DNA of 64,000 nucleotides from Sulfolobales archaeon (GTDB taxonomy: Archaea; Thermoproteota; Thermoprotei_A; Sulfolobales; NBVN01), in contig JAWBKW010000007.1 in assembly GCA_038831135.1 (NCBI GenBank), positions 2,969 through 66,968 on the forward strand, in the 5' to 3' direction. The notes under the pieces are model-generated. The model had not been told where the DNA came from. It saw only the letters and a program-made list of their open reading frames with translations, and did not search any database. Position 1 is the first letter of the stretch. Each line of letters begins with the position of its first letter. The position numbers and the translations under genes were made by a program. Below, piece after piece: positions 31,148 through 41,461 of the stretch.

Positions 31148-31768
31148 ATGAGTGATGAATTATTGATTAAGAGTATGGTTGGATACGGTGTTGATGTAGG
31201 TAAATTAAATAGATTTAAGGAAGTTAGTAGTGAGTCTCCTCACGGTATTTATATCTATGATAGAACAAGAGATGAATGGGTATTAACGCCATTAGAAGGT
31301 GACGCCTTTAAACCTATTATAGATGGCTCTTACGTAATATATTTTGACAATTCTAAGTGTCATGCCTGCAGGGCTTTTGATAATAACTGGTTTCCATACA
31401 TCCGCAGTATTGCTAAGAAATTAGATAATCACTACTTTATAATAATATTATGTGAGTGGTTTTCAAGGAAGTGTTCTTCAGAAGCTGCAAGTAAGTCATT
31501 TAAGGAGTACGACATACATGCCTCACCTACTACTTACTTAATGTATTCTAAAGGTGGTAACATCTTATATAGAGAAAAATATGAAGGTAAGTTAAATCAA
31601 GCTGAATTAGTTAAGATTATAGAGGAGTTTAGCTCGAGAGTTGAGAAATTTATGAAAGGTGAGAAAGTTGAGCTACCAAAAACTGAGGAGGAAGTAGATG
31701 TGACTGAGGTGATTAAGAAGCTTATAGAAATATTAAGTGAGGCTAACAAATCCGAAAAACCTAAATAG
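31148..31768 (+). CDS. Thioredoxin-fold protein with CHAC motif
   Basis: YFDNSKCHACRAF (CxxC) sits in a thioredoxin-like context, with an acidic/lysine-rich C-terminal tail. Confidence 0.45.
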   Translation: MSDELLIKSMVGYGVDVGKLNRFKEVSSESPHGIYIYDRTRDEWVLTPLEGDAFKPIIDGSYVIYFDNSKCHACRAFDNNWFPYIRSIAKKLDNHYFIIILCEWFSRKCSSEAASKSFKEYDIHASPTTYLMYSKGGNILYREKYEGKLNQAELVKIIEEFSSRVEKFMKGEKVELPKTEEEVDVTEVIKKLIEILSEANKSEKPK

Positions 31769-31770
31769 TA

Positions 31771-32244
31771 TCATCTCTCTCCTAGGTATGATCCCTTGTA
31801 AGGTTTCATACTTTTCTCAATCATCTTTATAAATACTAACTGAGCTATTTGAGCGTTCCTTCTAATTCGCACTCCATATTCATTATATATAACTAATAAT
31901 CCGTATCCTCTACCTTCGTAACCAGGGTCCCAGACAGCGGTGAATAATGTAGCACCGGACCTGATAATTGATGATCTAGGTATAGCTAGAGCTATAGAGT
32001 CTTCAGGTATCCTAACGTACTCGTTATATCTGATAATGTAGTAACCTTTAGTGAGGCTATATAAGTCGTCTTTGTCGGGACTTACCCTTAGGTAATTAGG
32101 TATATATTTAACGTCAATGTCTATAAAACCTTCTGAGTTAGCTACAAATACCTCGCCTATAGTTAACTTAATACCACTACAATCTAAAGAGTCTGGAGAG
32201 TAGCCGAGACTTAATAGATGTTGGGGAGGGATTATCAGTTTCAC
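31771..32244 (-). CDS. dUTPase / dCTP deaminase family protein
   Basis: Contains AVWDPGYEGRGYGLLVIYN and AQLVF motifs. GTG at 32244 gives a normal length of about 157 aa and removes the overlap with the divergent gene. The track N-terminal extension is low complexity. Confidence 0.7.
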   Translation of the reverse strand: MKLIIPPQHLLSLGYSPDSLDCSGIKLTIGEVFVANSEGFIDIDVKYIPNYLRVSPDKDDLYSLTKGYYIIRYNEYVRIPEDSIALAIPRSSIIRSGATLFTAVWDPGYEGRGYGLLVIYNEYGVRIRRNAQIAQLVFIKMIEKSMKPYKGSYLGER

Positions 32245-32372
32245 TACCCATAATATCCTAGATAATTTATTACTTAAAAGGGAGTTCCTTAAGGTAATTA
32301 AGGAGTTCCTTGGATAGTTCCGCTGCGTACCTATTATAGAACTTCTTCTATGTAGTTTATTGGTGGTGAAAA

Positions 32373-32882
32373 GTGAAAGCAAGTGTAAAACTATCTATGA
32401 TTGCGGCAATATCTCTAGCTATAATAGTACTAAGTATTACAACAATAGTATCATACGCGAAACCTAATGATAAAGGATTCGGATTATTAGCAGCAACTAG
32501 CAATGACGATGTCAATGATTTCAATGGTATCGGTCTGCAGAAGATGCTTAGATACCGCTTCTTCCCTCCGGGCAAGGGGCTAGGATTAATTAAAGCTGTG
32601 GAATTGAGTGAGGAGTTTAAGAATAGAGTCATAGATATATTGGAGAGCGACGAAAATACCTCTAAATTACTGAGTGATGGATACAATGTGACATTGCTAA
32701 GACCTATTATTAAGCTTGTGGTTCAGGGGGACGGAAGTGTAGCACTGAAAGTTGTTGAAGTCCAAGTAACCCTGTATAAGAAGGGTGAAGGAGTAGTTCA
32801 CGTATTAGTAGACTACGACGATGGTAAAGTAATAAAGATATGGGAGCCGAAATACTGCGAATGTAAATGCTTATCTAGCTAA
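32373..32882 (+). CDS. Hypothetical membrane-anchored/secreted protein
   Basis: Contains an N-terminal hydrophobic anchor (LSMIAAISLAIIVLSITTIV) and a C-terminal CECKC. No family was recognised. Confidence 0.4.
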   Translation: MKASVKLSMIAAISLAIIVLSITTIVSYAKPNDKGFGLLAATSNDDVNDFNGIGLQKMLRYRFFPPGKGLGLIKAVELSEEFKNRVIDILESDENTSKLLSDGYNVTLLRPIIKLVVQGDGSVALKVVEVQVTLYKKGEGVVHVLVDYDDGKVIKIWEPKYCECKCLSS

Positions 32883-33126
32883 GAAATACTAATAAAATAA
32901 ATTATTTTTTTATTTTTGAGAAAGCACTTAATCATGATTTAAGATTTAACTCAACCCATTTCTTTCAGTTTAAAAAATTCTCGTTAGATCATGCTCTGAT
33001 GTAGTCTTTAGTGATTATTCGTAGCAAGGCATGATCGCTTTCAAACCCAACAAAACATACACTTAATGATCAGTTCTACATACGTTCTTATGGTTATCTT
33101 TTAAATTGGTTGTGCGTTCTTAATCT

Positions 33127-33825
33127 ATGGTGCTTAATGTGAGTGAAGGTTATGTAGTGCTTAAGGATGTTTGGAAAATTTATAGGACTGGTAAGGTAGA
33201 GTGGCCCGCTTTGAGAGGTATTAATTTAAGTATTAAACGAGGTACTTTCACTACGGTTATAGGTCCTTCCGGAAGTGGTAAGTCTACATTATTAAACATA
33301 GTGGGCGGTCTTGATAAGCCCACTAGCGGTTCAGTCATTGTTAATGGTATAGAAATTAGTAAGCTTAATGGGGGGAAATTAGCTGATTATAGGAACACCC
33401 ACATTGGCTTTGTTTTTCAGAGTTATAACCTACTTAATTATCTAACAGTATTTGAGAATGTCGAGTTACCTTTAGTAATTAAAGGTGTTGATGTTAAGAG
33501 ACGTAGGGAAGTAGTATTTAATATGTTGGATATATTTGGTCTTAAGGAGATGGCCTTTAAGAGACCTCTAGAGTTAAGTGGCGGGGAGCAGCAGAGGGTT
33601 GCAATAGCTAGGGCATTAATTAATTCACCTAACCTTATATTAGCTGATGAACCAACTGGGAACTTAGATTCTAAGAATGCGTTTATAGTGGTTGAGGCAT
33701 TTAAAAAATTGGTTAATGAGCATAATAAGACCGTCCTCATGGTTACTCACAATATTGAGCTCACTAGATACGCAGATACCGTTGTTAAAATGAAGGATGG
33801 GAACATAGTTGAGGTGAGTGCGTAA
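33127..33825 (+). CDS. ABC transporter ATP-binding protein (MacB/LolD/FtsE-like)
   Basis: Contains Walker A (GPSGSGKST), the signature LSGGEQQRVAIARAL and Walker B (LILADEPTGNLD). Confidence 0.9.
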   Translation: MVLNVSEGYVVLKDVWKIYRTGKVEWPALRGINLSIKRGTFTTVIGPSGSGKSTLLNIVGGLDKPTSGSVIVNGIEISKLNGGKLADYRNTHIGFVFQSYNLLNYLTVFENVELPLVIKGVDVKRRREVVFNMLDIFGLKEMAFKRPLELSGGEQQRVAIARALINSPNLILADEPTGNLDSKNAFIVVEAFKKLVNEHNKTVLMVTHNIELTRYADTVVKMKDGNIVEVSA

Positions 33826-36764
33826 TGAGGAGACATAACCTGATAATATATGCGTTATTGTTCGTTATCATTGTTCAATTAATTTCTTCCGTGAATACAC
33901 ATGCTGAAGGAGAGAAATTCGAAGTTCTCTCAGTAATATGGGGGACCCCCTCAGCACCCACTGAAGTTAATCCTGGTGATTTAGGGCAACTAACAGTAGT
34001 TTTAAGAACTAAAAACTCTATACAAGCATCGACTCTGGTCGCGTTCCTCGAACTCCCTAAGGGATTCTCATCCATTAACGGTGAATCAAATGTAATGACT
34101 TATCTTAGGTACAGCGGTACCTCAATACCTGCGGGAACAATATTAGAACTACAGTTTAAAGTTAAAGTTAAGGATGATGTATCATTAGGTCGTTATACGG
34201 CTAAATTAATTTTAGAGTACGTAGTTGAGGTTCTCTACTATAGTAGAACCTATAGTGAAGAAATATACTTAACAATACCTATCAATGGTAGACCCGATAT
34301 AAATCTCTACAATCTCAATACATCAATTCAGCCCGGCCAGCAGACTTTACTTCTCAAACTAGTTAACAATGGTAATGTGTCAGCTAATAAGGTAGCAATG
34401 GATATATCCATCCAGCCATTAATCTACAGTAATGTATCTAGAGTAGAGTTAGAGAAGCTTTTGCCTCAGGACGAGACACTTATACCTATAGAGGTGTTCA
34501 TACCGCCATCACTTTCAAATTCGACATTAACAATGACATATTCATTAAGTTATTACGGACCGCTCTCAGTACCCTACTCTAAAGCGTTCAAGAACACCAT
34601 TTACGTTGAGCATTATGAGAAACCTCTATTAAATATATATGCGGACTTAAATGAAGCGTTAAGTGGTAGAGTATTAGTTACTAATCTAATAATTGTAAAC
34701 AACGGTGGTTTCGCTAAGGATTTGATTATCAGGTTATCTGCACAGCAGCCACTTCAAGTACGTAGCGAATCATCATATTCGATAGGGTCTTTAGAACCGC
34801 ATAGGAACTTATCAATCCCTGTAGAAGTATACTCCCTGCCAACATCATCTGATGTTATTTCCTCGCTAGTTGTTACGGTTGAATATGATGATTCTTATGG
34901 AGTTAGTTATTCTAAAACCTTCAATTTACCGATAATTTTAAGAGCTTTCCGTGAGCCGTTAGTTTCTACTGACTTAGTTACTAAGGAAGTGTATGGGGGA
35001 GTAGAAAGTAAGTTAGTGCTTAATTTAAGTAATTTAGGAAGCGCATACTTGAAGAATATAAGCGTTCAAGCGGTATTACCGCAGAACATCATATTGCTTA
35101 CATCACCTAAATACGGATTGGGAATTCTCCCTCCAAAAAGTTACGAAATAATTGAATTCTTGATAAAGGCGCAACCTACGGATTCTATTACATATTCTAA
35201 GGTAAGCTTCCAAATAAAGTGTGTAGATGAGTTAGGGAATTATTTCACTGATAGCTCTGATTTCACAATATCTGTTAAACCTAGAGAAATAAGACCGTCA
35301 TTGACTCTTGATATAGAGCCAAATAAGTTTAACCCCTTATCTTCTGGTTCACTTATGATTAAGGTGGCAAGCATTGATGAGATTAGCAATGTTGTAGTCT
35401 CAATATCTAGTGAAGGTACTCCGTTAATACTTAGCGGCAGTAAAGAACTCTTAATAAGCAGATTATATCCAAAAGAAGAACATATTATTAAGATACCTTA
35501 TGTTGTAGCTAATAAACCTGGGTCGTACTCTTTAAACATCGTTGTTAAGTACTTAGATCCTAATGGAATCTTGCGGAGTTCCACATATATCTACCCTGTG
35601 GAAGTGTTACCGCTCAAGACTGCTTTAAGTATAAACCTATCCCCATCAAACATTATGTCAAGTAGCACAACTACTCTAACATTTAATGTTACGAATTATG
35701 GAGAACTACGTATTAGGGAACTTACGTTGAGTATTAATCCTCAGGGATCAGTAGTCACATTAGTTAATACTTCTAGATTCTATATAGATGGTTTGGAACC
35801 TGGAGAAAGTAAATTATTCAATGTTACAGTAAGAAGCGGTTACGTATCCACATATACGACCGTAGTTATGTCCTTACTGGTTACGTACTATGATACTCTT
35901 AATCAATTATATAGTGAAACATATACATCAGCATTAATAGTGGAGCCTCTAACACCATCAAGTAAATTAGAAGTTACAATCAACACCACAGAACTAATGA
36001 TTGCATCAATTAATGATGTTGTGATAAGATTGAAGAATATAGGAAATGATGTGATTGAGGGTGTGAACTATAGGATTAGTTCGGGTTCCGCATTAAACAT
36101 TATTGGTGTGAATGATGGTTACATTCCATATTTAAAACCTGGTGAATCAGTGAGTTTATATGTGCCCGTTTACGTAACTTTAACTAGTACATATACCTCG
36201 AACATCGTGCTTAGCTTAACATATACTGATAAAGCGTTGGGTAGTGTAAGAAGTGAGGATAAGGTTTTCACATTATTGCTTAGGGGTAGGGTGGATTTAA
36301 GGGTCGTGGATTACGTAGTTATGCCTGCTACAGTAAGTGTTGGTCAAACGTTCTCAGTCTCACTTACATTAATAAATGTTGGTGTAACACCTGCATACTC
36401 CACGTTCGTTAATCCAGTACTTACGGGGTTACCTGTTAGGAGCGTCACCGAAGAGAGGATGATATACTTAGGTAATATTGATGTTGGTTCTACTACGGCC
36501 GCAACAATAACCTTACAACTGACGAATACGTCTGAACGCGTTATTAAGTTACCGATAATTATCTCGTACTTAGATAATTTAAGAAGCCCGAGAAACGTAA
36601 CAACCGAAGTAATTATTAGGGTAAGTCCATTTACAAATTCTACTCAAATAACTCCTACAGGTGTTATAGATAGAGGTAGTAATACATTATTGACGTATGT
36701 GGTTGTCGGGTTAATAGCTATAGCGGCGGTTGTCATAGCTATCCGGAAATTCATGAGGAGGTAA
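33825..36764 (+). CDS. Large surface protein with about 8 CARDB/S-layer-like beta-sandwich repeats, signal peptide and C-terminal TM anchor
   Basis: 979 aa with the recurring motif hhhhhxNxGxxxhxxhxhxh (LKLVNNGNVSANKV, LIIVNNGGFAKDL, LNLSNLGSAYLKNI, FNVTNYGELRIREL, IRLKNIGNDVIEGV, LTLINVGVTPAYS). It has many N-x-S/T sequons and a TAATG overlap with the ATPase gene. Confidence 0.7.
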   Translation: MRRHNLIIYALLFVIIVQLISSVNTHAEGEKFEVLSVIWGTPSAPTEVNPGDLGQLTVVLRTKNSIQASTLVAFLELPKGFSSINGESNVMTYLRYSGTSIPAGTILELQFKVKVKDDVSLGRYTAKLILEYVVEVLYYSRTYSEEIYLTIPINGRPDINLYNLNTSIQPGQQTLLLKLVNNGNVSANKVAMDISIQPLIYSNVSRVELEKLLPQDETLIPIEVFIPPSLSNSTLTMTYSLSYYGPLSVPYSKAFKNTIYVEHYEKPLLNIYADLNEALSGRVLVTNLIIVNNGGFAKDLIIRLSAQQPLQVRSESSYSIGSLEPHRNLSIPVEVYSLPTSSDVISSLVVTVEYDDSYGVSYSKTFNLPIILRAFREPLVSTDLVTKEVYGGVESKLVLNLSNLGSAYLKNISVQAVLPQNIILLTSPKYGLGILPPKSYEIIEFLIKAQPTDSITYSKVSFQIKCVDELGNYFTDSSDFTISVKPREIRPSLTLDIEPNKFNPLSSGSLMIKVASIDEISNVVVSISSEGTPLILSGSKELLISRLYPKEEHIIKIPYVVANKPGSYSLNIVVKYLDPNGILRSSTYIYPVEVLPLKTALSINLSPSNIMSSSTTTLTFNVTNYGELRIRELTLSINPQGSVVTLVNTSRFYIDGLEPGESKLFNVTVRSGYVSTYTTVVMSLLVTYYDTLNQLYSETYTSALIVEPLTPSSKLEVTINTTELMIASINDVVIRLKNIGNDVIEGVNYRISSGSALNIIGVNDGYIPYLKPGESVSLYVPVYVTLTSTYTSNIVLSLTYTDKALGSVRSEDKVFTLLLRGRVDLRVVDYVVMPATVSVGQTFSVSLTLINVGVTPAYSTFVNPVLTGLPVRSVTEERMIYLGNIDVGSTTAATITLQLTNTSERVIKLPIIISYLDNLRSPRNVTTEVIIRVSPFTNSTQITPTGVIDRGSNTLLTYVVVGLIAIAAVVIAIRKFMRR

Positions 36765-36767
36765 GTA

Positions 36768-37988
36768 ATGAAGCCTTATGATGCTGTAAGACTTGCTTGG
36801 AAACAATTAATTCAGAGAAAGTTAAGGACGGTATTAACCGTTTTAGCGGTTGCTGTTGGAGTTATGGTTATAATAGCGTTATCCTCCCATACTCAAGGAC
36901 TCTATGTTAGCTTCATAGCTAATTTCGAGAAGCTCGGACCTTCAACAATAATAGTTACTTCAACTGGAAGTAGGTTATTAAGTGATGTAGATTTATACAG
37001 AATTGCTGAAATGTCTGAGGTCTCGAATGTTATCCCTATGAGAAGTTTGGTTGGGAATATTGAAGGATTGAGTACGAGGGTATCTATAGTAGGTGTTAGA
37101 TCGTATGAATTGAAGGAATTGTTAGGAGGGTCTATAGACCTAGTTGAGGGTAATTTATTTCCAGATACGCCAATACCTGCCGCAGTAGTAGGATATAACG
37201 TAGCCTACGACCCTTCTACCGGTAGAAAGTTGATCGATGTTGGTCAAGTAATTGTTGTAAGGATTGGTAGTAGATCAATAGTCCTTAATGTGTTAGGTAT
37301 ACTTAACTATTATGGTGGTTCAGTACTCCTAACGTCTCCTGACGATACCATCTATATACCATTGGATTACTTCATAAGGTTTAGCGGGACTCAAGGATAC
37401 TCTATGTTGATGGTTAAGGCGTCAGATATTAATGTAGTTAATGAAGTGGCTGAAAATATTAGGACGTTATTAGGTACTAGGGCTAGAATAACTACAGTAC
37501 AATCAGTTATAAACACCTTCACTACGATCTTAAATCAAATAAATCTATTGTTAGTTAGTATAGCTAGTACCTCATTCATAGCGGCTGGTTTAGGCACCTT
37601 TAATATAATGATGATATCGGTGCTTGAGAGAACTCGAGAGATAGGACTTATAAAAGCCTTAGGCATGAAGGACTCTGAAGTATTACTTCTTTATCTAACT
37701 CAGGGCATGTTGATAGGAATTATAGGGGGATTAATAGGTTTCGGCTTAGGTATAATGCTATCACATACGCTTAGTTACGTATTCTCATTTTATATGGGAG
37801 CGGGGTCTGCTGGAACATCACCTGGAGTTGCTAGACCATCAAACTTTGCTAGCTATACACCAATAATAAGTAATTATTATACACTTGTAGCAATACTTCT
37901 CTCGATGTCAACAACTGCATTAGCATCTATTTACCCGTCCTGGAGGGCTGCAAGGCTTAACCCCGTTGAAGCTCTTAGATATGAGTAA
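36768..37988 (+). CDS. ABC transporter permease, FtsX/MacB type
   Basis: TM1, a large extracytoplasmic domain, then three TMs. Contains the FtsX-family motif ERTREIGLIKALGM. GGAGGT lies upstream of the ATG. Confidence 0.85.
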   Translation: MKPYDAVRLAWKQLIQRKLRTVLTVLAVAVGVMVIIALSSHTQGLYVSFIANFEKLGPSTIIVTSTGSRLLSDVDLYRIAEMSEVSNVIPMRSLVGNIEGLSTRVSIVGVRSYELKELLGGSIDLVEGNLFPDTPIPAAVVGYNVAYDPSTGRKLIDVGQVIVVRIGSRSIVLNVLGILNYYGGSVLLTSPDDTIYIPLDYFIRFSGTQGYSMLMVKASDINVVNEVAENIRTLLGTRARITTVQSVINTFTTILNQINLLLVSIASTSFIAAGLGTFNIMMISVLERTREIGLIKALGMKDSEVLLLYLTQGMLIGIIGGLIGFGLGIMLSHTLSYVFSFYMGAGSAGTSPGVARPSNFASYTPIISNYYTLVAILLSMSTTALASIYPSWRAARLNPVEALRYE

Positions 37989-38003
37989 ACAACTATATAA
38001 TTA

Positions 38004-38657
38004 CTATTTATTAACGATTATTTCAGTTAATTCTGTTAAGTCATTAATTACATAGTCTGGCCGGACATCTAATAATTTAATACCGTTTTTTGATCTTTTA
38101 ACATAAACAGCAGTAGCACATATGGATTTAGCAGGTATTACATCATACTCGGTATCACCAACCACTAATGCATCTTTCGGATCAGTTTTAACTCGTCTTA
38201 ATGCCTCAAGGTAAAGGTCAGGATACGGCTTACTTCTCTTAACTTCTTCTCCAGCAACTAAGGCATCAAAGTAATCTATGATGTTGAAGTATTCCAGCAT
38301 GATTATGAGTAAGGGTATTGAGGTTGATGTAGCTACTGCAAGTTTCAATCCGTAATTACTTAGTGTTTGGAGGGTATCGTACACCTCAGGGAAGACCGTT
38401 ACAAATCTGTCCTTAAGGAGGTTTAGAAATATCCGGTCTTTAAATAATCTTATTCTCTTATAATCTTTAACTGCTTCTTTACCAAGTACCATCTCAGTTA
38501 TTAAATCCCCTCTAGCACCAATATACTTACGTATCTCATCTACCGGGACATCACCGTAACCTACTAACTTATACGCGCCGGCCCATGCAATAGCATGAGC
38601 TTCATTACTATCTATTAGTGTCCCGTCTAAGTCGAAAATTACTGCTTTGACCACCAA
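38004..38657 (-). CDS. HAD-superfamily hydrolase (phosphatase/beta-phosphoglucomutase-like)
   Basis: Contains the motifs DLDGTLIDS, ATST and VGDTEYD. Confidence 0.8.
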   Translation of the reverse strand: MVVKAVIFDLDGTLIDSNEAHAIAWAGAYKLVGYGDVPVDEIRKYIGARGDLITEMVLGKEAVKDYKRIRLFKDRIFLNLLKDRFVTVFPEVYDTLQTLSNYGLKLAVATSTSIPLLIIMLEYFNIIDYFDALVAGEEVKRSKPYPDLYLEALRRVKTDPKDALVVGDTEYDVIPAKSICATAVYVKRSKNGIKLLDVRPDYVINDLTELTEIIVNK

Positions 38658-38667
38658 TTTGAAGCCC

Positions 38668-39414
38668 TTACATAATGTCTCTAGAAACTTTCTTGACTTC
38701 GAATTGTTTCAAGGACTTCGCAATCATTTCTGCAAACTTACTCTCTACCTGTTCCGCCATCGAGTCGAATATTTTGGTATCTACTTCGTAATTTAAGTAC
38801 CTACTTAAGAGAATTAATAAATGCTTAGCTGCCCTATAATCAAACTCGTCTACCTGCACTATAGGCTCCCATGTCTCCGATAACAACGCAACAGCAGGTA
38901 TATCGTAGTAGGATGCCCAGCCAACTATAGCCCCATTAATCCCGGAAACTACACCACTTTTTAATAGTTGGGCGTCGAGTTTTAAGAATTCGTTAATTAA
39001 CCTCTCATCATTACCAGTTACATATATATTTCTCTTAATTCCTACGTTAGTCACCACATACGCCGCAGTAGCTATTACCTTATTTAAGCCGCTGGCATGC
39101 AGGAATTCTAAGACTCGGTCACAGAACTCGTTCTGAGCCTCAGGGGTAGCCGGTTGAGCATTAGCTGTTAATACTAGACCCAATGGTGTATCGTATAGTA
39201 CCGCCTTAAACAGATTAGCAAATCCGTTACTAACATTAACCTGTGGTGGGTAACTATACATGTAAAACTCTGCGATTGCCTTAGACTGTGTAGATACTAT
39301 AATATGATTAGCTACAGTATACGCTACGCCCCCCATACCAGGTAGCCCAACAATTAAAGGTTTATCAGCAGGGATAGACCCATATATTTGTTTAACTTTG
39401 AACAGCACGTCCAC
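38668..39414 (-). CDS. PAC2-family proteasome assembly chaperone-like protein
   Basis: Contains the N-terminal motif PLIVGLPGMGGVA; 248 aa with an acidic/basic C-terminal tail. Confidence 0.6.
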   Translation of the reverse strand: MDVLFKVKQIYGSIPADKPLIVGLPGMGGVAYTVANHIIVSTQSKAIAEFYMYSYPPQVNVSNGFANLFKAVLYDTPLGLVLTANAQPATPEAQNEFCDRVLEFLHASGLNKVIATAAYVVTNVGIKRNIYVTGNDERLINEFLKLDAQLLKSGVVSGINGAIVGWASYYDIPAVALLSETWEPIVQVDEFDYRAAKHLLILLSRYLNYEVDTKIFDSMAEQVESKFAEMIAKSLKQFEVKKVSRDIM

Positions 39415-39525
39415 CTAGAACATCACACATTATACAACTTAAAAACTTAAAGGATTTTTCCCTCAGCTGCAGGCGCTAAACTATATATTATCATATTCAT
39501 TAAATAAATGCTTAGGTAGATCTCC

Positions 39526-40077
39526 ATGATTAGTAGAGTTGAAGCTATTAACCTACTAAGTAGGTACTTAACCAACGACAAAAACTTAAAGCACTGCATA
39601 TCTGTAGAAGCAATTATGAGGTTCTTAGCACTTAGATTAGGTGAAGATGAAGAATTATGGGGGATGACCGGACTCCTACATGATATCGATTACGAGTTAG
39701 TGGGTAAGGATTTAAATAAGCATGGATTATTAGCACTTGAATTATTGAAAGATGCTCTACCCGTAGAAGCCTTAGAAGCTATAGTTTCACACAATGAATT
39801 AACTGGTCATACATCGGAGACTAAAATATCATACGCTTTGAAGGCGGCAGATCATATCTCCGGATTAATAATAGCAACTGTGCTTGTCATGCCTAATAAG
39901 AAATTAGATGAGGTACGTGTTGAGTCAGTATTAAAGAAATTTAAGCAGAAAGATTTCGCAAAAGGTGTTAACAGGAGTAGGATATTATTATGTGAAAAGC
40001 TTGGGTTGAGTCTAGAAGATTTCACTTCACTATCTCTTGAAGCGCTGAAGGCTATCAGTAATGAGTTAGGGTTATAA
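39526..40077 (+). CDS. HD-domain hydrolase
   Basis: Contains H...HD metal motifs (KHCISVEA, GLLHDIDYE). Confidence 0.75.
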   Translation: MISRVEAINLLSRYLTNDKNLKHCISVEAIMRFLALRLGEDEELWGMTGLLHDIDYELVGKDLNKHGLLALELLKDALPVEALEAIVSHNELTGHTSETKISYALKAADHISGLIIATVLVMPNKKLDEVRVESVLKKFKQKDFAKGVNRSRILLCEKLGLSLEDFTSLSLEALKAISNELGL

Positions 40078-40091
40078 CAACTATTTAATTC

Positions 40092-40577
40092 TTAAATGCC
40101 TTTCCAGTATACCTTATATGAAGTTCTATCATGTAAATATAGAGTTATGTAGGGGTATAAATCCTTAATCTTTTTTAATACATCTTCTTCATCATCATGA
40201 TATTCAACTATATGGAATCCCTCATTAATTGCTCTTCCGATCAACTCCGGTTTTAATATACTTGCAGGTCTACGATCGTAAGAACTCCTCATATATATCT
40301 TAGCAGGTCTTAAGTTGTAAAAGCGTTCTAATTGATTTAGTGTGATGTTGTAGAGTTTTCTCGGCCTACCAGTTATTATAATTAATCCATATGCTCCAAT
40401 TCTAGAATTAATTAATTCCTTTGCTACACCTCTAGGTTTATCTAAATCCATAAGTTCCTCATTAAAGAAGATTTCCCAGAAACAATCTGTATCGTGTTTG
40501 GATAATTCCTCGGCTCTCTTAAACCTTTCATCAACATCCATTAGGACACCATCAACATCGAATGCGATGTAACACAT
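40092..40577 (-). CDS. HAD-like phosphatase family protein
   Basis: Contains the N-terminal motif AFDVDGVLMD and a later IITGRP. Confidence 0.5.
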   Translation of the reverse strand: MCYIAFDVDGVLMDVDERFKRAEELSKHDTDCFWEIFFNEELMDLDKPRGVAKELINSRIGAYGLIIITGRPRKLYNITLNQLERFYNLRPAKIYMRSSYDRRPASILKPELIGRAINEGFHIVEYHDDEEDVLKKIKDLYPYITLYLHDRTSYKVYWKGI

Positions 40578-40645
40578 TATATCACTACACTATGATAATT
40601 AAGTTTAAATATTAAGTGTTTTAAGATAATGACTGGGGAATCTGA

Positions 40646-40942
40646 TTGAGTCGGGATCAAGTTCTAGGTTTCGGTATGATGGTTATTTCTGTTATCGTCA
40701 TTCTGGTCTATGCTTGGTTAGTATTTCTAACTGATTTAGCCATCATGATCCTTAAGCTAACAGGATTCGTAGCAATATTAGGTGTCTTTGGAATCCTGGC
40801 ATGGATAGGATATACATTAGCAACAACTCCTCCTCCTAAACCCATAGAGGAAATTGAAAAGGAGATAGATGAAGAGCTAAAGAAACTAGAGAGTGAGGCG
40901 CAAAAACCAGTTATTGAGGAGAGCAAGGGAACCCAATCCTAA
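40646..40942 (+). CDS. Small membrane protein (2 TM) with charged C-terminal tail
   Basis: 98 aa with two hydrophobic helices followed by EEIEKEIDEELKKLESEAQK. The antisense track ORF is Ser-rich and was rejected. Confidence 0.4.
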   Translation: MSRDQVLGFGMMVISVIVILVYAWLVFLTDLAIMILKLTGFVAILGVFGILAWIGYTLATTPPPKPIEEIEKEIDEELKKLESEAQKPVIEESKGTQS

Positions 40943-41051
40943 TACGGTTTAGCGTTCTATAACCAGTTTAATTATAGTGTTTTGAAGGATTATTAATAAT
41001 GCTTAATAAAATAATAAGTATAGGTCTACTTCCCCTTTAATTATTCATCTA

Positions 41052-41288
41052 TCATGCTTTAGTTATTAGGACTTCTACATAACCTAGTTCTTCCTTCTTA
41101 GCAGAAATTTTAAATCCGTATCTATCAACAAAAACCTCAAGAACTTTTAGAGGTATATCATCCGTACTGACTTTAATTAATGCCTCAGCCTCATTCAGGC
41201 TTTTTAGGAAATTATTTAGCAGAACTACGGGATGACTCGTACATCCTGGCTCACGATACCTAAGATCGATCGATTTTATTTTTGACAT
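41052..41288 (-). CDS. TusA/SirA-like small protein with atypical active-site loop
   Basis: 78 aa. The layout DLRYREPGCTSHPVVLL...LIKVSTDD...LITK mirrors the TusA fold pattern, but it has GCTSHP instead of CPxP. Confidence 0.45.
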   Translation of the reverse strand: MSKIKSIDLRYREPGCTSHPVVLLNNFLKSLNEAEALIKVSTDDIPLKVLEVFVDRYGFKISAKKEELGYVEVLITKA

Positions 41289-41461
41289 AACGTATCCCCG
41301 AAGTATCTAAAGTCTTAGAAATTAAATATTAAAGGCTCGTTGGGCAGTCTCAATGAATTTAGGCTTATTTCATGACCTCAATTCCATAAAATCTCCTTAC
41401 TTGAATTTCTTTCTAGACTTGCTAATTTACGCCCTTAAAGGATAGTAGGAAATTCAACATT

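Noticed and set aside
32245-32382. 46-aa N-terminal extension of the dUTPase-family ORF.
   Set aside because: It is a low-complexity Ser/Arg/Leu-rich segment that would overlap the divergent gene start. The internal GTG at 32244 gives the normal family length.
32357-32686. 109-aa minus-strand ORF.
   Set aside because: It lies antisense to 32373..32882, which has a plausible signal anchor and globular domain. The minus-strand product is Ser/Leu-rich.
40092-40115. ORB-like replication-origin box (TTCCAGT).
   Set aside because: Only a 7-nt partial match, lying inside or at the end of a coding region. No orc1/cdc6 gene and no repeated boxes are present.
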